A stretch of 64,000 bases of DNA from NCBI GenBank assembly GCA_964605715.1, contig CAZSDV010000002.1:167-64166 (forward strand), in the 5' to 3' direction. The notes under the pieces were generated by a model. That model had not been told where the DNA came from and did no database searches. It saw nothing but the letters and a program-made list of their open reading frames with translations. The DNA is from an uncultured Acidobacteriota bacterium (GTDB lineage: Bacteria; Acidobacteriota; Terriglobia; UBA7540; JAPUME01). This document shows, piece by piece, positions 9,037-20,967 of this stretch; position 1 is the stretch's first letter; each line of letters begins with the position of its first letter. Position numbers and translations under genes: made by a program.

Positions 9037-10131
9037 ATGGGCACGATGATTGCCAACCTACTCCCCTCCGATTACGTGGAGTTGTCGGAAGAGGAACTTG
9101 ATGCCAGAATTCTAGAGGCCAAGCGCGAGCTGGGCCAGCGCCTGGTCATTTTAGGTCATCATTACCAGCGTGACGAGGTGGTTAAATTTGCAGACTTCCG
9201 CGGCGACTCGCTAAATTTGTCACGCTTGGCTGCGAAACAAGATGCGGCAGAATACATAATTTTTTGCGGTGTGCACTTTATGGCTGAAAGTGCCGACATT
9301 CTGAGTCGTAACCATCAGCAAGTCTGCTTGCCTGACCTTAATGCTGGTTGTTCGATGGCCGACATGGCAGATCTTGATCAAGTTGAGGTTTGCTGGGAGT
9401 ATCTTGCACAATTTCCAGAATTTAAGTTTATTCCTATTACCTACATAAATTGCACAGCAGCCATTAAAGGCTTCGTTGGCAAACATGAAGGTGCAGTCTG
9501 CACTTCCTCAAATGCTCGAAAGATCTTCGAGTGGGCCCTGGCAAAAGGAGATAAAGGTCTATTCCTTCCCGATGAACACTTAGGAAGAAATACGGCCTAC
9601 CAGATGGGCATCCCCCTAGAAGAAATGGTAGTCTGGGACCCTTCCAAGGAGCAAGGAGGACTGGAAGAAGACGAAATCCGAAAGGCACGTGTCATTCTGT
9701 GGAAGGGGCACTGTTCCGTTCACCAACGCTTTTTACCTGAGCATGTAGAGAATACCCGGAAACAGTATCCTGGAATTCGGGTAATTGTACATCCGGAGTG
9801 TCGTTGGGAAGTTTGCCAATTGGCAGACGAGGTAGGGTCCACTGAGTACATCCTGAAGGCAGTGAATGCAGCACCCTCCGGAAGCCGTTGGGCAGTGGGA
9901 ACCGAAATTCACATGGTCAATCGACTAGCAAAAGAACATTTAGACCGTTTCGTGGTAAGTTTGGATGATTGTGCATGCCTATGCAGCACCATGTACCGAA
10001 TTTCACCTCAGCACCTCTGTTGGGTGCTTGAGAACCTTCAAGAAGGCCGTCTTGTTAATCAGGTTAGCGTGGATACAGAAACAAAACACTGGGCTCTGGC
10101 AGCTTTGAACCGTATGCTTGATATCGGCTAA
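9037..10131 (+). CDS. nadA: quinolinate synthase
   Basis: 364 aa. NadA pattern: VILGHHYQRDEV, FCGVHFMAESA, CSMADM, VHPEC, MVNRLA. Confidence 0.92.
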   Translation: MGTMIANLLPSDYVELSEEELDARILEAKRELGQRLVILGHHYQRDEVVKFADFRGDSLNLSRLAAKQDAAEYIIFCGVHFMAESADILSRNHQQVCLPDLNAGCSMADMADLDQVEVCWEYLAQFPEFKFIPITYINCTAAIKGFVGKHEGAVCTSSNARKIFEWALAKGDKGLFLPDEHLGRNTAYQMGIPLEEMVVWDPSKEQGGLEEDEIRKARVILWKGHCSVHQRFLPEHVENTRKQYPGIRVIVHPECRWEVCQLADEVGSTEYILKAVNAAPSGSRWAVGTEIHMVNRLAKEHLDRFVVSLDDCACLCSTMYRISPQHLCWVLENLQEGRLVNQVSVDTETKHWALAALNRMLDIG

Positions 10132-10200
10132 CAGAATAGGGAGTTGGAAATCTGGGCCGTCCCCTTCCAACACAAAAATTGAGAGAGAATTAACCAAACT

Positions 10201-10650
10201 ATGTCTGACCACTATTTTAATCGGCTGGAAGCAGAACAGTTGCTACCTTGGTTGTCTGACTTATTAAAGCAGGCCCGCGACCAAAAGCAAGCGGCAGACC
10301 GCATTGACGACGAGATTTCGTCAGTGTCCTCTAAGATTTTGATGACCGGAGGCATGACGCTGCCATATCGGGAATTAGCGGACAAGAAGATTCGCAAGGA
10401 TAGAATGTATGAGAAGCTTCACGGATTTGTCAAAAAAATTGAAGAAACCGGTTGCATTATTAAGAATCTGGAACAAGGCTTAGTAGACTTTCCTAGTATG
10501 CTGCGCGAGGAAGAAGTTTACCTTTGCTGGAAACTTGGGGAAGAACGCATCCTTTATTGGCATGGTAGGAGTGAAGGATTTAGAGGACGGAAGCCGCTCG
10601 ATGTCAGCACAACGGGTCCGTCGCCCCCCAGCTCATCTCGACCGAATTAG
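10201..10650 (+). CDS. DUF2203 domain-containing protein
   Basis: 149 aa. N-terminal F..LEAEQLLPWL and the later CWKLGEERILYWH match the DUF2203 family as I remember it. Function unknown. Confidence 0.6.
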   Translation: MSDHYFNRLEAEQLLPWLSDLLKQARDQKQAADRIDDEISSVSSKILMTGGMTLPYRELADKKIRKDRMYEKLHGFVKKIEETGCIIKNLEQGLVDFPSMLREEEVYLCWKLGEERILYWHGRSEGFRGRKPLDVSTTGPSPPSSSRPN

Positions 10651-10663
10651 CTTAGCATTATAA

Positions 10664-12118
<1,455 letters not shown>

Positions 12119-12135
12119 GGGAGCAAAAAAAGAGA

Positions 12136-12711
12136 ATGAGTTATATAGACAACCGATATGAAAAAAATTTCATGACCAGTACGGTCGACTACGTCTTCAA
12201 TTGGGCGCGGAAATCAGCGCTGTGGCCGCTTACCTTTGGCCTGGCCTGCTGTGCCATCGAGATGATCGCATCAAGTACGTCTCGCTTTGACATTGCCCGT
12301 TTCGGGGCTGAAGTCTTCCGCCCAAGCCCTCGCCAGTCAGATTTAATGATTGTAGCTGGAACCGTTACACTAAAGATGGCTCCAGTGCTCAAACGTGTGT
12401 GGCAACAGATGCCGAATCCAAAATGGTGTATCTCAATGGGAGCCTGTTCGAGCGTAGGTGGCCCATTCAATACCTACGCAGTTTTACAAGGAGTTGATCG
12501 AATTGTCCCCACAGATGTCTACATCGTTGGCTGCCCTCCTCGACCTGAGAACCTTTTCTATGGCTTGTTGAAACTCCAAGAAAAGATTGACTCTATGTCG
12601 CTTGCTAAACAACCGACTAAAGTCCGCTTAGAGGAATCTATGGTCGAGGAATTTAAAGATCAAATCCGTATCGGACAGGTAGGAACTCAAGAATTAGTGC
12701 ACTTTGGCTAA
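12136..12711 (+). CDS. nuoB: NADH-quinone oxidoreductase subunit B (NuoB/20 kDa family), isolated copy
   Basis: 191 aa. N2-cluster ligand motifs [13 protein letters not shown] and VGCPPRPE. No nuoA or nuoC/D adjacent. Confidence 0.88.
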   Translation: MSYIDNRYEKNFMTSTVDYVFNWARKSALWPLTFGLACCAIEMIASSTSRFDIARFGAEVFRPSPRQSDLMIVAGTVTLKMAPVLKRVWQQMPNPKWCISMGACSSVGGPFNTYAVLQGVDRIVPTDVYIVGCPPRPENLFYGLLKLQEKIDSMSLAKQPTKVRLEESMVEEFKDQIRIGQVGTQELVHFG

Positions 12712-12775
12712 GTAACCCACCTCGAAACAATAAAGTTGGCCTGGGTCCTGCATCCATCACACTCTGGGAGGAACA

Positions 12776-13084
12776 ATGGCAGATCACACCAAAGCAACCA
12801 ACCTGGCAGACCTCACACCCGGAAACCGCGTGGAAGTAGAAATAGAAGGTAAGGCCATTACCCTATGTAACATCGACGGTACGGTTCATGCGCTTGATAA
12901 TACATGTGCCCATGTTGGGGGTCCGCTCGGCCAAGGAGAGCTGAAAGGTGACGTGATAGTCTGTCCCTGGCACGCGTGGGAATACGATGTAAAAACGGGC
13001 GCCTGCCTAGGCCGGAGCGACATCAAGCTTGCTACCTATCCGGTTAAAATTGAAGAGGATGGCACCATCAAGGTAGCGGTCTAG
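12776..13084 (+). CDS. Rieske [2Fe-2S] domain protein (NirD/ferredoxin-like)
   Basis: 102 aa. Rieske ligands CAHVGGPL ... CPWHAWEY. Confidence 0.85.
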   Translation: MADHTKATNLADLTPGNRVEVEIEGKAITLCNIDGTVHALDNTCAHVGGPLGQGELKGDVIVCPWHAWEYDVKTGACLGRSDIKLATYPVKIEEDGTIKVAV

Positions 13085-13222
13085 TCGCACGCAACATGAC
13101 AGGACTCTGCCCAGATAACCCTTCCTCTCGATCATTAAGCTCAGAACCTGTCTGCTTAGATTCAACTTCAATGCTTGCAATTCAGTAATCCTCGTTCATA
13201 ATTCAAGGTCTCCGACCTCTTT

Positions 13223-14098
13223 ATGCCAGAACTACCTGAAGTCGAAAGCGTCGCTAGGGGACTGCGTGTTCACCTAGTAGGCCGCACTATCTCAGGGGTT
13301 GAAACAAGCTCCCTAATGACCATCGAAACAACCAGTTGCAGCAGCACTCAGAACCTGAAAGGGGCCACCGTTCGATCAGTGCGGAGAAAAGGAAAAACAC
13401 TGTATATTGAACTTCGCCGAAATGGGCCATTTCAAGAAACCAAATTCCTGCTCTGGAACCTAGGCATGACCGGACAATTAGTACTGACTACTTCGGATAG
13501 TCCTGTGCTGGACCACACCCATATCCGTCTGCGGCTTGACAATGGCCGAAATGAGCTACGCTACCGGGATGTCAGGCGATTTGGGCGTATTCGCTGGTAC
13601 GGGCCACAGGAATCAAAAAAAGTGCTGTCGAGCCTGGGACCAGATGCCGCTCGAATAAGAGCTAAAACATTCGAGAGGCTCTTAGAGGGCCGCCGAGGAG
13701 CCATTAAAAATCTCTTGTTAAACCAGAGGGTTCTTTCAGGACTTGGCAATATCTACACAGACGAGAGTCTGTTCGACGCACGCATCCATCCTTTAACTCC
13801 AGCTGGATGCATCCCTCCACCAAAAGTGCGCGCGCTCCATGGAGGAGTACGTCAAATATTACGTAGAGCTATTCGTAGCGGCGGCACTAGCTTCCGGGAC
13901 TACGTCAACGCCACGGGAGACCCTGGGTGGTTCCAGGTAAAACTGCTTGTCTATGGGCAGACAGGAAAAGACTGTCATCGTTGTGGGACCTCGATCCAGA
14001 AAATATTTGTCGGTGGGAGGGGAAGCCATTTCTGTCCTGAATGCCAACCGTTTCCCCCTGTTTATGATTCTCACAAAATCCTTAGGGAGAATTCGTGA
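13223..14098 (+). CDS. mutM: formamidopyrimidine-DNA glycosylase
   Basis: 291 aa. Catalytic N-terminus MPELPEVE, H2TH region, and C-terminal zinc finger CHRCGTSI...HFCPECQ. Confidence 0.92.
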   Translation: MPELPEVESVARGLRVHLVGRTISGVETSSLMTIETTSCSSTQNLKGATVRSVRRKGKTLYIELRRNGPFQETKFLLWNLGMTGQLVLTTSDSPVLDHTHIRLRLDNGRNELRYRDVRRFGRIRWYGPQESKKVLSSLGPDAARIRAKTFERLLEGRRGAIKNLLLNQRVLSGLGNIYTDESLFDARIHPLTPAGCIPPPKVRALHGGVRQILRRAIRSGGTSFRDYVNATGDPGWFQVKLLVYGQTGKDCHRCGTSIQKIFVGGRGSHFCPECQPFPPVYDSHKILRENS

Positions 14099-15048
14099 GC
14101 GACTATGCCATCGGTGTGGATCTAGGGGGGACCAACCTTCGCGTTGCAACCATACACAAAAGTGGAGAAATCATGGAGCGGCTTTCGGTGCCTGCAAAAG
14201 TCCATGAAGGACCAGGCAACCTTCTAGGTCGAATTGGTGCAACCGTAAACCAGGCCATCGACCAACTAAAAACTAAGGGCCAGGAGCCTGTCGGCGTCGG
14301 AATTGGAGTTCCAGGCATCATTCAAATGGACCGAGGTTTCGTTGAGGACGCACCAAACTTGGGATGGAAAAACCTTCCTGTGCGCAAGCATCTGGAGAAA
14401 ATCCTTAAATGTACCGTTATTCTAGAAAATGATGCTAATGCGGCGGCACTGGGGGAAAAGTGGATGGGAAGTGGACAAGGCACAAACCACCTATGTCTTC
14501 TCACGTTAGGTACTGGCGTAGGCGGTGGGTTTATCATGAATGGAAAAATCTGGCATGGTTTCCGAGGTATGGCCGGAGAGGTAGGCCACGTCAATATCTA
14601 TCCCGACGGAGTCGCTTGCAATTGTAATGGCCAAGGATGCTTGGAGCAGTATGCTTCGGCGCAAGCTATCGTCCGCGAGGGAGAAAAGGCAGCTCGCAAG
14701 GGGCTCTCTCCCAAACTTAGACATGAGCTAGGCCGGTCAGGTAAATTGACGGCCAAAACCGTTGGCCACCAGGCACGCCAAGGAGATAATGTCGCGCAAG
14801 CCATCTATGCGGATGCAGGAAAGGCGCTTGGCATCGCACTAGGAACCATTATGAGCTTACTCGAGCTCCCCTTGTACCTGTTAAACGGAGGTGTAGCTGC
14901 CGCCTGGGATTTATTCGCACCAGCCATGTTCGCTCAGCTCGAAAAGGGTGCTTATATGTATCGCACCGGTGGAATTCGTGTTGAGTCAGGCAAACTGAAA
15001 GAAGATGCCGGTTTGTTTGGAGCTGCCTATCTGCCGTTTTGTAAGTAG
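14095..15048 (+). CDS. glk: ROK family glucokinase
   Basis: 317 aa. IGVDLGGTN ATP motif and ROK zinc motif CNCNGQGCLEQY. The GTG start overlaps the mutM stop (GTGA). Confidence 0.85.
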   Translation: MSDYAIGVDLGGTNLRVATIHKSGEIMERLSVPAKVHEGPGNLLGRIGATVNQAIDQLKTKGQEPVGVGIGVPGIIQMDRGFVEDAPNLGWKNLPVRKHLEKILKCTVILENDANAAALGEKWMGSGQGTNHLCLLTLGTGVGGGFIMNGKIWHGFRGMAGEVGHVNIYPDGVACNCNGQGCLEQYASAQAIVREGEKAARKGLSPKLRHELGRSGKLTAKTVGHQARQGDNVAQAIYADAGKALGIALGTIMSLLELPLYLLNGGVAAAWDLFAPAMFAQLEKGAYMYRTGGIRVESGKLKEDAGLFGAAYLPFCK

Positions 15049-15136
15049 GTAACAGCCTTGCAGCTTTCCTGCTGGGTAAATTTAATATCCAACAGCATTA
15101 AAATTAACAATTTCCATTCGTTTTGGGAGGTTCCTT

Positions 15137-15619
15137 ATGTTTGGTAAATCCATATCTAGTTACCTTCGTTTTATTCGTTTTACGTGGTTGTTATTCTTGG
15201 TCGCGGCTGCAGGGAGACTCGCTCTCGGAACCATGGATGTTCCATACAGCAAAGGTACTTGGTTTTTCAGCATAGTAACGCTAACTGTTCACCTTTGTAT
15301 TATTTACGGTGCATTCTCAAAAAAACTTAAGGGATACCGGCTACCACAAGCGATAGTTCTCGGAATTCTAATCGCCTTGAGCGCACAAATCATTATCTTG
15401 GTTCTGACAGTGGCCTCCTATGCCCTGAACGCTGAAACATATTTTAACCACCCGCTTGCGATCGCTGGTGCAACGGAATATATACCCTTCGGAGAAGCAC
15501 TGAAGGCTCGATTATTAGGGCTGGTAGAAAATTCGCTTATGGGAGGTATAGGGAGTCTACTGGGGTGGCTGACAGGCGGTCTTATTCCCGGCAATGTGGA
15601 TGGAGGAGCATCCAAATAA
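15137..15619 (+). CDS. hypothetical integral membrane protein (about 4 TM helices)
   Basis: 160 aa, with hydrophobic segments throughout. I recognise no family. Confidence 0.5.
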   Translation: MFGKSISSYLRFIRFTWLLFLVAAAGRLALGTMDVPYSKGTWFFSIVTLTVHLCIIYGAFSKKLKGYRLPQAIVLGILIALSAQIIILVLTVASYALNAETYFNHPLAIAGATEYIPFGEALKARLLGLVENSLMGGIGSLLGWLTGGLIPGNVDGGASK

Positions 15620-15813
15620 AAAACTGGAAAAAATACCCGAGAACAATATTTTCGGTTGAGCAGACAGGGGGGCACCGGAATACAGGCCACTGTCTGCCCT
15701 GGCTAGAACCACCTTTATTCAACCAGGAAAGGAAAGGCCAAGCGAGTTCTCTTTAACCTTCTAGCAAAACTCGCCAACCGCAATTCTGAAGATATTAGGT
15801 AACCTCAAGTGAT

Positions 15814-17280
15814 TCAAGCTAGTAGTTCTTTCACCACGTGAGCAGGCTCAACGCCTGTCAGCTTTGCATTCAAGCCTTGGTGCTTGTAGGTAAACCGTTC
15901 ATGGTCAATACCAAAGAGGTGCAGGATAGTCGCCTGGTAATCCCGAATATGGACCGGGTTTTTGACAATATTATATGAAAAGTCATCCGTTTCACCGTGG
16001 ACAACCCCACCCTTGACCCCACCACCGGCCATCCACAAGCTGTAGCAGCGCGGATGGTGATCGCGGCCATAATCTGTTGGTGTGAGCTTGCCCTGGGAGT
16101 AGATGGTTCGCCCAAACTCACCGCCCCATATGACCAGGGTGTCTTCAAAAAGACCTCGCTCCTTCAGATCCTGAATGAGCGCCCAGGCGGCGCGATCAAC
16201 ATCTCTAGCCTGAGCGGGAAGGACTTCCGGCGCAAAAGCATGTACGTCCCACCCACGGTGATAAATCCGGACAAACCCCACACCGCGCTCAACGCGGCGG
16301 CGCGCCATCAGTGCCGCATTTTGGAACTTCCCAGGCTGCTTAGCTTCTTCTCCCCAGCGCTTAAAGGTGCTTTCTGGCTCGCTCGAGAGATCACCCATTT
16401 CTGGTACCGAGGACTGCATTCGAAAGGCCATCTCATATTGTTCGATTCGTGCGAGGGTTTCGGGATTACCGATCTCTTGGTGCCGGATTTGATTCAGCTC
16501 ACTCAAGCCATCAAGCATCTTGCGTCTAACCTCCCTAGAAACCCCGTTCGGATCTCTGATATATAAAACCGGGTCTTCGCCTCCACGAAGACCAACACCA
16601 GCATACTTGGCAGAAAGGAACCCCGAGCTCCATAATTTTGCAGAGATTGCCTGCACACCCGACTTAGGGTGGCTCTTTTCCGCATTCATTACAACAAAGG
16701 TAGGTAGGTCACGGTTCATGCTACCAAGCCCGTAAGCAACCCACGATCCGATGCATGGCCGCCCAGCCACCTGCCGGCCCGTCTGAATAAACGTTATCGC
16801 TGGCTCATGATTGATTGCATCAGTATTCATTGACCGAATAATAGCGATATCATCAGCCATCTTTGCTGTATAGGGAAGCAGCTCGGAAATCCACGCGCCA
16901 CTTTGGCCATGTTGCTTAAATTTAAAAACAGAAGGTGCGATTGGGAAGCGGGCTTGCCCAGATGTCATAGTTGTCAACCGTTGTCCCTGGCGCACAGACT
17001 CTGGAAGGTCTTTGTCGTACCAGTCTCTCATCTTAGGCTTATAATCGAGCAAATCCATCTGCGGAGGAGCACCCATCATATGGAGGTAAATACACCGCTT
17101 TGCCTTCGGAGCAAAATGAGGTAGGTGCGGCAGAGCGCCAAATATTTCTCCACTTTTAGACCCACCAAAGCTATTCTCCGCCAAAAGGCTAGCCAAAGCG
17201 ATTCCACCAATTCCCTTGGCACCACGAGCCAAGAACTGTCGTCTTGTTTCCGCCAGAATGGCTTCTTTGTGTGGATGCAT
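15814..17280 (-). CDS. DUF1501 domain-containing protein (sulfatase-fold, Tat-exported)
   Basis: Twin-arginine signal TRRQFLARGAKGIGGIALASLLA. C-terminal GEFGRT...GRDHHP pattern typical of DUF1501. Start set at the ATG MHPHKEAIL (17280); the ORF-track start at 17325 adds 15 non-signal residues. Confidence 0.85.
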   Translation of the reverse strand: MHPHKEAILAETRRQFLARGAKGIGGIALASLLAENSFGGSKSGEIFGALPHLPHFAPKAKRCIYLHMMGAPPQMDLLDYKPKMRDWYDKDLPESVRQGQRLTTMTSGQARFPIAPSVFKFKQHGQSGAWISELLPYTAKMADDIAIIRSMNTDAINHEPAITFIQTGRQVAGRPCIGSWVAYGLGSMNRDLPTFVVMNAEKSHPKSGVQAISAKLWSSGFLSAKYAGVGLRGGEDPVLYIRDPNGVSREVRRKMLDGLSELNQIRHQEIGNPETLARIEQYEMAFRMQSSVPEMGDLSSEPESTFKRWGEEAKQPGKFQNAALMARRRVERGVGFVRIYHRGWDVHAFAPEVLPAQARDVDRAAWALIQDLKERGLFEDTLVIWGGEFGRTIYSQGKLTPTDYGRDHHPRCYSLWMAGGGVKGGVVHGETDDFSYNIVKNPVHIRDYQATILHLFGIDHERFTYKHQGLNAKLTGVEPAHVVKELLA

Positions 17281-17385
17281 GATTAAACTCTCCCTAACAA
17301 TTAAAATGTGCGTCCTACCCAACACGGAGAACAGGCTAGCTTTTATAATCTTGGCATAGCAAGCAGAAGGGCCACAATCGCACCA

Positions 17386-20300
17386 TCACTTATTCAACAC
17401 CTCATCCAAATTCATTATTTGGCTCGCCAACATGGTCCACGCTGCCGATTCCGTAACAGGCAGTGCTTCATCAGACGGCGAGTCACCGATACCAAGGAGT
17501 TTCTTTGCCTCTTCAGTCTTCGTACTATAAAAAGTAACCAGTCCACCGTAAGTGCGTTTGGCAATGGCTCGCTCTTTTTCGTTATAGGCACGCGCGAGAA
17601 GGCGGGTTGTCATGTAGTTCAACCGTCGATCAAAATCATCTCCGGCCTCTCTCATGGCTTTCTGTGCAAGGTAGCGTGACGCTTCGACGAATTGCGTGTC
17701 ATTCATGATAACCAGCGCTTGCAATGGGGTATTTGTTCGGTCACGGCGCACCGTGGTCTCTTCCCTGGTGGGCGCATTAAAAATCTGCATCGAAGCAGGT
17801 GGTGCGGCTCGCTTCCAAAAAATATACATACTACGGCGATAAAGTTTAGCACCAGAATCTTGTTTGTAGATACTAGTGTTACTACCAGGCATAGCAACCG
17901 TTTTCCATACGCCTTCTGGCTGATAAGGCCTCACGCTTGGGCCACCAATCTTGCGAGTCAGCAACCCGCTCGCTGCCAAGGCATAATCACGAATCATTTC
18001 CCCATCCATGCGAAACTGTGGCCCGCGTGAGAGAAGCCGATTTTCTAGGTCTTTTTCAAGCTTCTCCGATGTTATTTTTGCAGACTGACGGTAAGTAGAG
18101 GATGTTACTAGCCCACGGAAGAACTGCTTGATATCCCAACCTGATTCACGGAACTCGATCGCTAGCCAGTCAAGTAACTCAGGGTGAGAGGGTGGTTCGC
18201 CTTGTGACCCAAAATCATCGCTAGTCTTAACTAATCCGACACCGAAAACCTCTTGCCAGTAACGGTTAACAATCACACGAGCCGTCAGGGGATTTTCCTC
18301 ATGAACCAACCACCTAGCCAACCCCATGCGGTTACGGGGGGCCGATACAGGCATTGGATGCAGGGCTGAAGGTGTGTTTGCTAGGACGCGCTCACGGGGC
18401 TGATCATACATACCACGGTGAAGAACGTGGGCCTCAGCCTCTTTACCCGGATTCTCTCCCATAACGTGCGTGACGCTGCCACGACGGCGAATCTCTCGCC
18501 ACTCCAGGTCAATTTTCTGCTCTCGGGCTCTCAACTGACGGTAATCTCCGTCATTAACAACGAGGTAATAGTGTCGTAACGCTTCACGCTCCTCAGTACT
18601 TAGATCTTCGGATTTCTTGCCTCGCACGCCCTGAAGAAGGTGCCACTGCGAAACAACCTGGGCTTCCTGAACGCTAATTTGGCGGTTAAAGATCCTAAAA
18701 TCTGCAATGCCACCCCCTGAAAAATAGCGAACCTTAGGTTCGCCCCGACCACCTCTGCCCTTCGTAACACCTCTACCCAAGTAGAGAGGTAAGCTGGTCT
18801 GAATACTTCCTTCTATACTCTCAAAAAACTCACTGCCTGCAAGCTCAACCACCTCCCCATTCTTATAAATACGCAGGCCAGCTCGCTCACCGGAGCCATC
18901 GTAGGTCATCACAAGGTGCGTCCATTTACCCGCAACCAGCCTCTTCGTACTAATAGAACTGACATTCACGCTCGGTGGATTTTTCTCTCCCGCTGGCTTT
19001 TCACCAGTCAACCGAAATGTAGCTCTCCGCTCCTGTACACGCACCCGCCACCCTCGATAATCACTGTTTGGATCGTACTGACCAGCAACGATAAAATTCG
19101 CATTAACCTCAGGATGGTAAACCCACATTGCAATAGAAAAAGGTGTGTCACTGTCAAGTTTCAAAGATGGGAGCTCTACCCATGATTCTTTCCCGAACCG
19201 CAGCGCCGGCTGACCTCCTACCAACCCCTCACCAACCAACGCTCCATTGTTAAGCTTGATTTCCTTGCGGACCCCTTTAACGTTGGCTGCGGGTTCATCG
19301 TCCAGGGAAAGGGTGAGTAGCTCCGCAGACTCCCCAAGTGGAGTCCGTAAAAGATGATATTCCTTGCTAGCAAGCCATTTCGTGAACGCTTTTTCGGCTG
19401 ACTTGGTACGATTTTTGATTTTCGTTCCGAGCTCCACTACTTCTTGGCGGAGCTCATGCCAACGCGAGCGATCTTCATCACGAGGTACAACCAAGACGGG
19501 TGGCGTGTCTGATGCATTCCCGTCCATTGCGTACTGAGTCGTGTTTCTAAAAAAAGCCGTCAAGGAATAGAATTCCCGCTGTGCAATGGGATCAAACTTG
19601 TGGTCGTGGCAGGTGGCACACCCTACTGTAAGCCCTAGGAAAACTGTAGATGTAGTATCGGCTCGGTCTTTGGCGTAGATTGCCTCGTATTCTTCAGGAA
19701 TAGCACCGCCTTCGTTTGTTGTCATATTGCAACGGTTAAAACCGGTCGCTACTAATTGTTCAAGCGTTGGATTGGGCAATAGGTCGCCGGCAATTTGTTC
19801 AATCGCAAACAGATCGAATGGCTTGTTGCTATTGAAGGCTTGAATCACCCAATCGCGGTAAGGCCAGATCTCGCGATAGTTGTCAATGTGAATGCCGTGG
19901 GTATCTCCATAACGTGCGGCGTCAAGCCAATAACGGGCCCGGTTTTCACCCCAATGTTTCGAAGCGAGCAACCTGTCAACCAGCTTTTCATAAGCCAGTT
20001 CCGAAGAGTCACTCAAGAAACTTTCAAGAGTTCCAGGATCAGGAGGTAATCCTGTTAAATCCAGAGCCACACGGCGAGCAAGTGTACGCTTATCAGCATC
20101 TGGACTTACCGCAAGTCCTTCCGTTTCGAGCCGTGCGAGAATAAAACGGTCAAGGGAGTTGCGGACCCAGGTTTTGTTTTTCACTGCTGGAAGATCAGGT
20201 CGTTTGATCGTCTTAAATGACCAGTGCTGGTCCCAGGAGGCACCTTGCTTAATCCAGTTCTGTAATACCTTGATCTGTTGTTCCGAAAGCTCCCTCTTAG

Positions 20301-20625
20301 AATGAGGTGGTGGCATCCGCATCATTTCGTTCTCATGGGTAATGCGCCTAGAAAGCAAACTCGCCTCTGGGTTCCCTGGAACAATCGTTATTCCGCTGGC
20401 CCGTTTGGCAAAGGCTCCATCATGGGTATCAAGCCGCAGCTTGACCATGCGGGTGGCCTTATCTGGTCCATGGCACTGAAAACAATTATTGGAAAGTATT
20501 GGTCGAACGTCCCGCTGGAAATCAATTGTTTCCAATGATTCCGGAGCTGGCCTAGCCAATGAATCTGCAGCTGAAAGTAAGGAAATCAACAATATAAGAG
20601 AAAGCCGACGGATGAACATGTACAC
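17386..20625 (-). CDS. PSCyt (planctomycete cytochrome c) / DUF1549 / LamG / DUF1553 domain protein
   Basis: 1079 aa. Signal peptide, heme motif CFQCHGPD near the N-terminus, CATCHDHKFDP (DUF1549), a central LamG-like block (WVYHPEVNANFIVAGQY...KWTHLVMTYDGSG...IYKNGEVV) and a DUF1553-type C-terminus. Canonical partner of the downstream DUF1501 gene. Confidence 0.85.
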   Translation of the reverse strand: MYMFIRRLSLILLISLLSAADSLARPAPESLETIDFQRDVRPILSNNCFQCHGPDKATRMVKLRLDTHDGAFAKRASGITIVPGNPEASLLSRRITHENEMMRMPPPHSKRELSEQQIKVLQNWIKQGASWDQHWSFKTIKRPDLPAVKNKTWVRNSLDRFILARLETEGLAVSPDADKRTLARRVALDLTGLPPDPGTLESFLSDSSELAYEKLVDRLLASKHWGENRARYWLDAARYGDTHGIHIDNYREIWPYRDWVIQAFNSNKPFDLFAIEQIAGDLLPNPTLEQLVATGFNRCNMTTNEGGAIPEEYEAIYAKDRADTTSTVFLGLTVGCATCHDHKFDPIAQREFYSLTAFFRNTTQYAMDGNASDTPPVLVVPRDEDRSRWHELRQEVVELGTKIKNRTKSAEKAFTKWLASKEYHLLRTPLGESAELLTLSLDDEPAANVKGVRKEIKLNNGALVGEGLVGGQPALRFGKESWVELPSLKLDSDTPFSIAMWVYHPEVNANFIVAGQYDPNSDYRGWRVRVQERRATFRLTGEKPAGEKNPPSVNVSSISTKRLVAGKWTHLVMTYDGSGERAGLRIYKNGEVVELAGSEFFESIEGSIQTSLPLYLGRGVTKGRGGRGEPKVRYFSGGGIADFRIFNRQISVQEAQVVSQWHLLQGVRGKKSEDLSTEEREALRHYYLVVNDGDYRQLRAREQKIDLEWREIRRRGSVTHVMGENPGKEAEAHVLHRGMYDQPRERVLANTPSALHPMPVSAPRNRMGLARWLVHEENPLTARVIVNRYWQEVFGVGLVKTSDDFGSQGEPPSHPELLDWLAIEFRESGWDIKQFFRGLVTSSTYRQSAKITSEKLEKDLENRLLSRGPQFRMDGEMIRDYALAASGLLTRKIGGPSVRPYQPEGVWKTVAMPGSNTSIYKQDSGAKLYRRSMYIFWKRAAPPASMQIFNAPTREETTVRRDRTNTPLQALVIMNDTQFVEASRYLAQKAMREAGDDFDRRLNYMTTRLLARAYNEKERAIAKRTYGGLVTFYSTKTEEAKKLLGIGDSPSDEALPVTESAAWTMLASQIMNLDEVLNK

Positions 20626-20967
20626 ACGCCCCGATCGATAATTTACTTAAATGGATTCTAATTCATTCATAGGAAATTTCCAACTCTGCTTTGAAAACTA
20701 TCTGCATGGTAAATGACATACCCAACCTCCTTCGCAACATGTCTGGAGGCCAACTTGGTCACTGTGTGAGTTGGTTACAATAAAGTCGATACGGCGAGCA
20801 TTGCATGAGAACAAGGAAAGCTCTTGCTTCCTCGACCGGACTTACCAGGTATGATAAAATCTCGTCCAAGCTATCCAAAAAAACTAGAAATTGGAACAGA
20901 AAAGATTATCAGCGGTAAAGCTTTGCCAAATACTCTTACAAATACATTTTAAGGGAACAGGAAGTTC

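Noticed and set aside
15659-15697. 8-bp stem (GCAGACAG...CUGUCUGC) between convergent genes as a bidirectional terminator
   Set aside because: The loop is long (about 22 nt) and there is no flanking U/A tract, so support is too weak to call.
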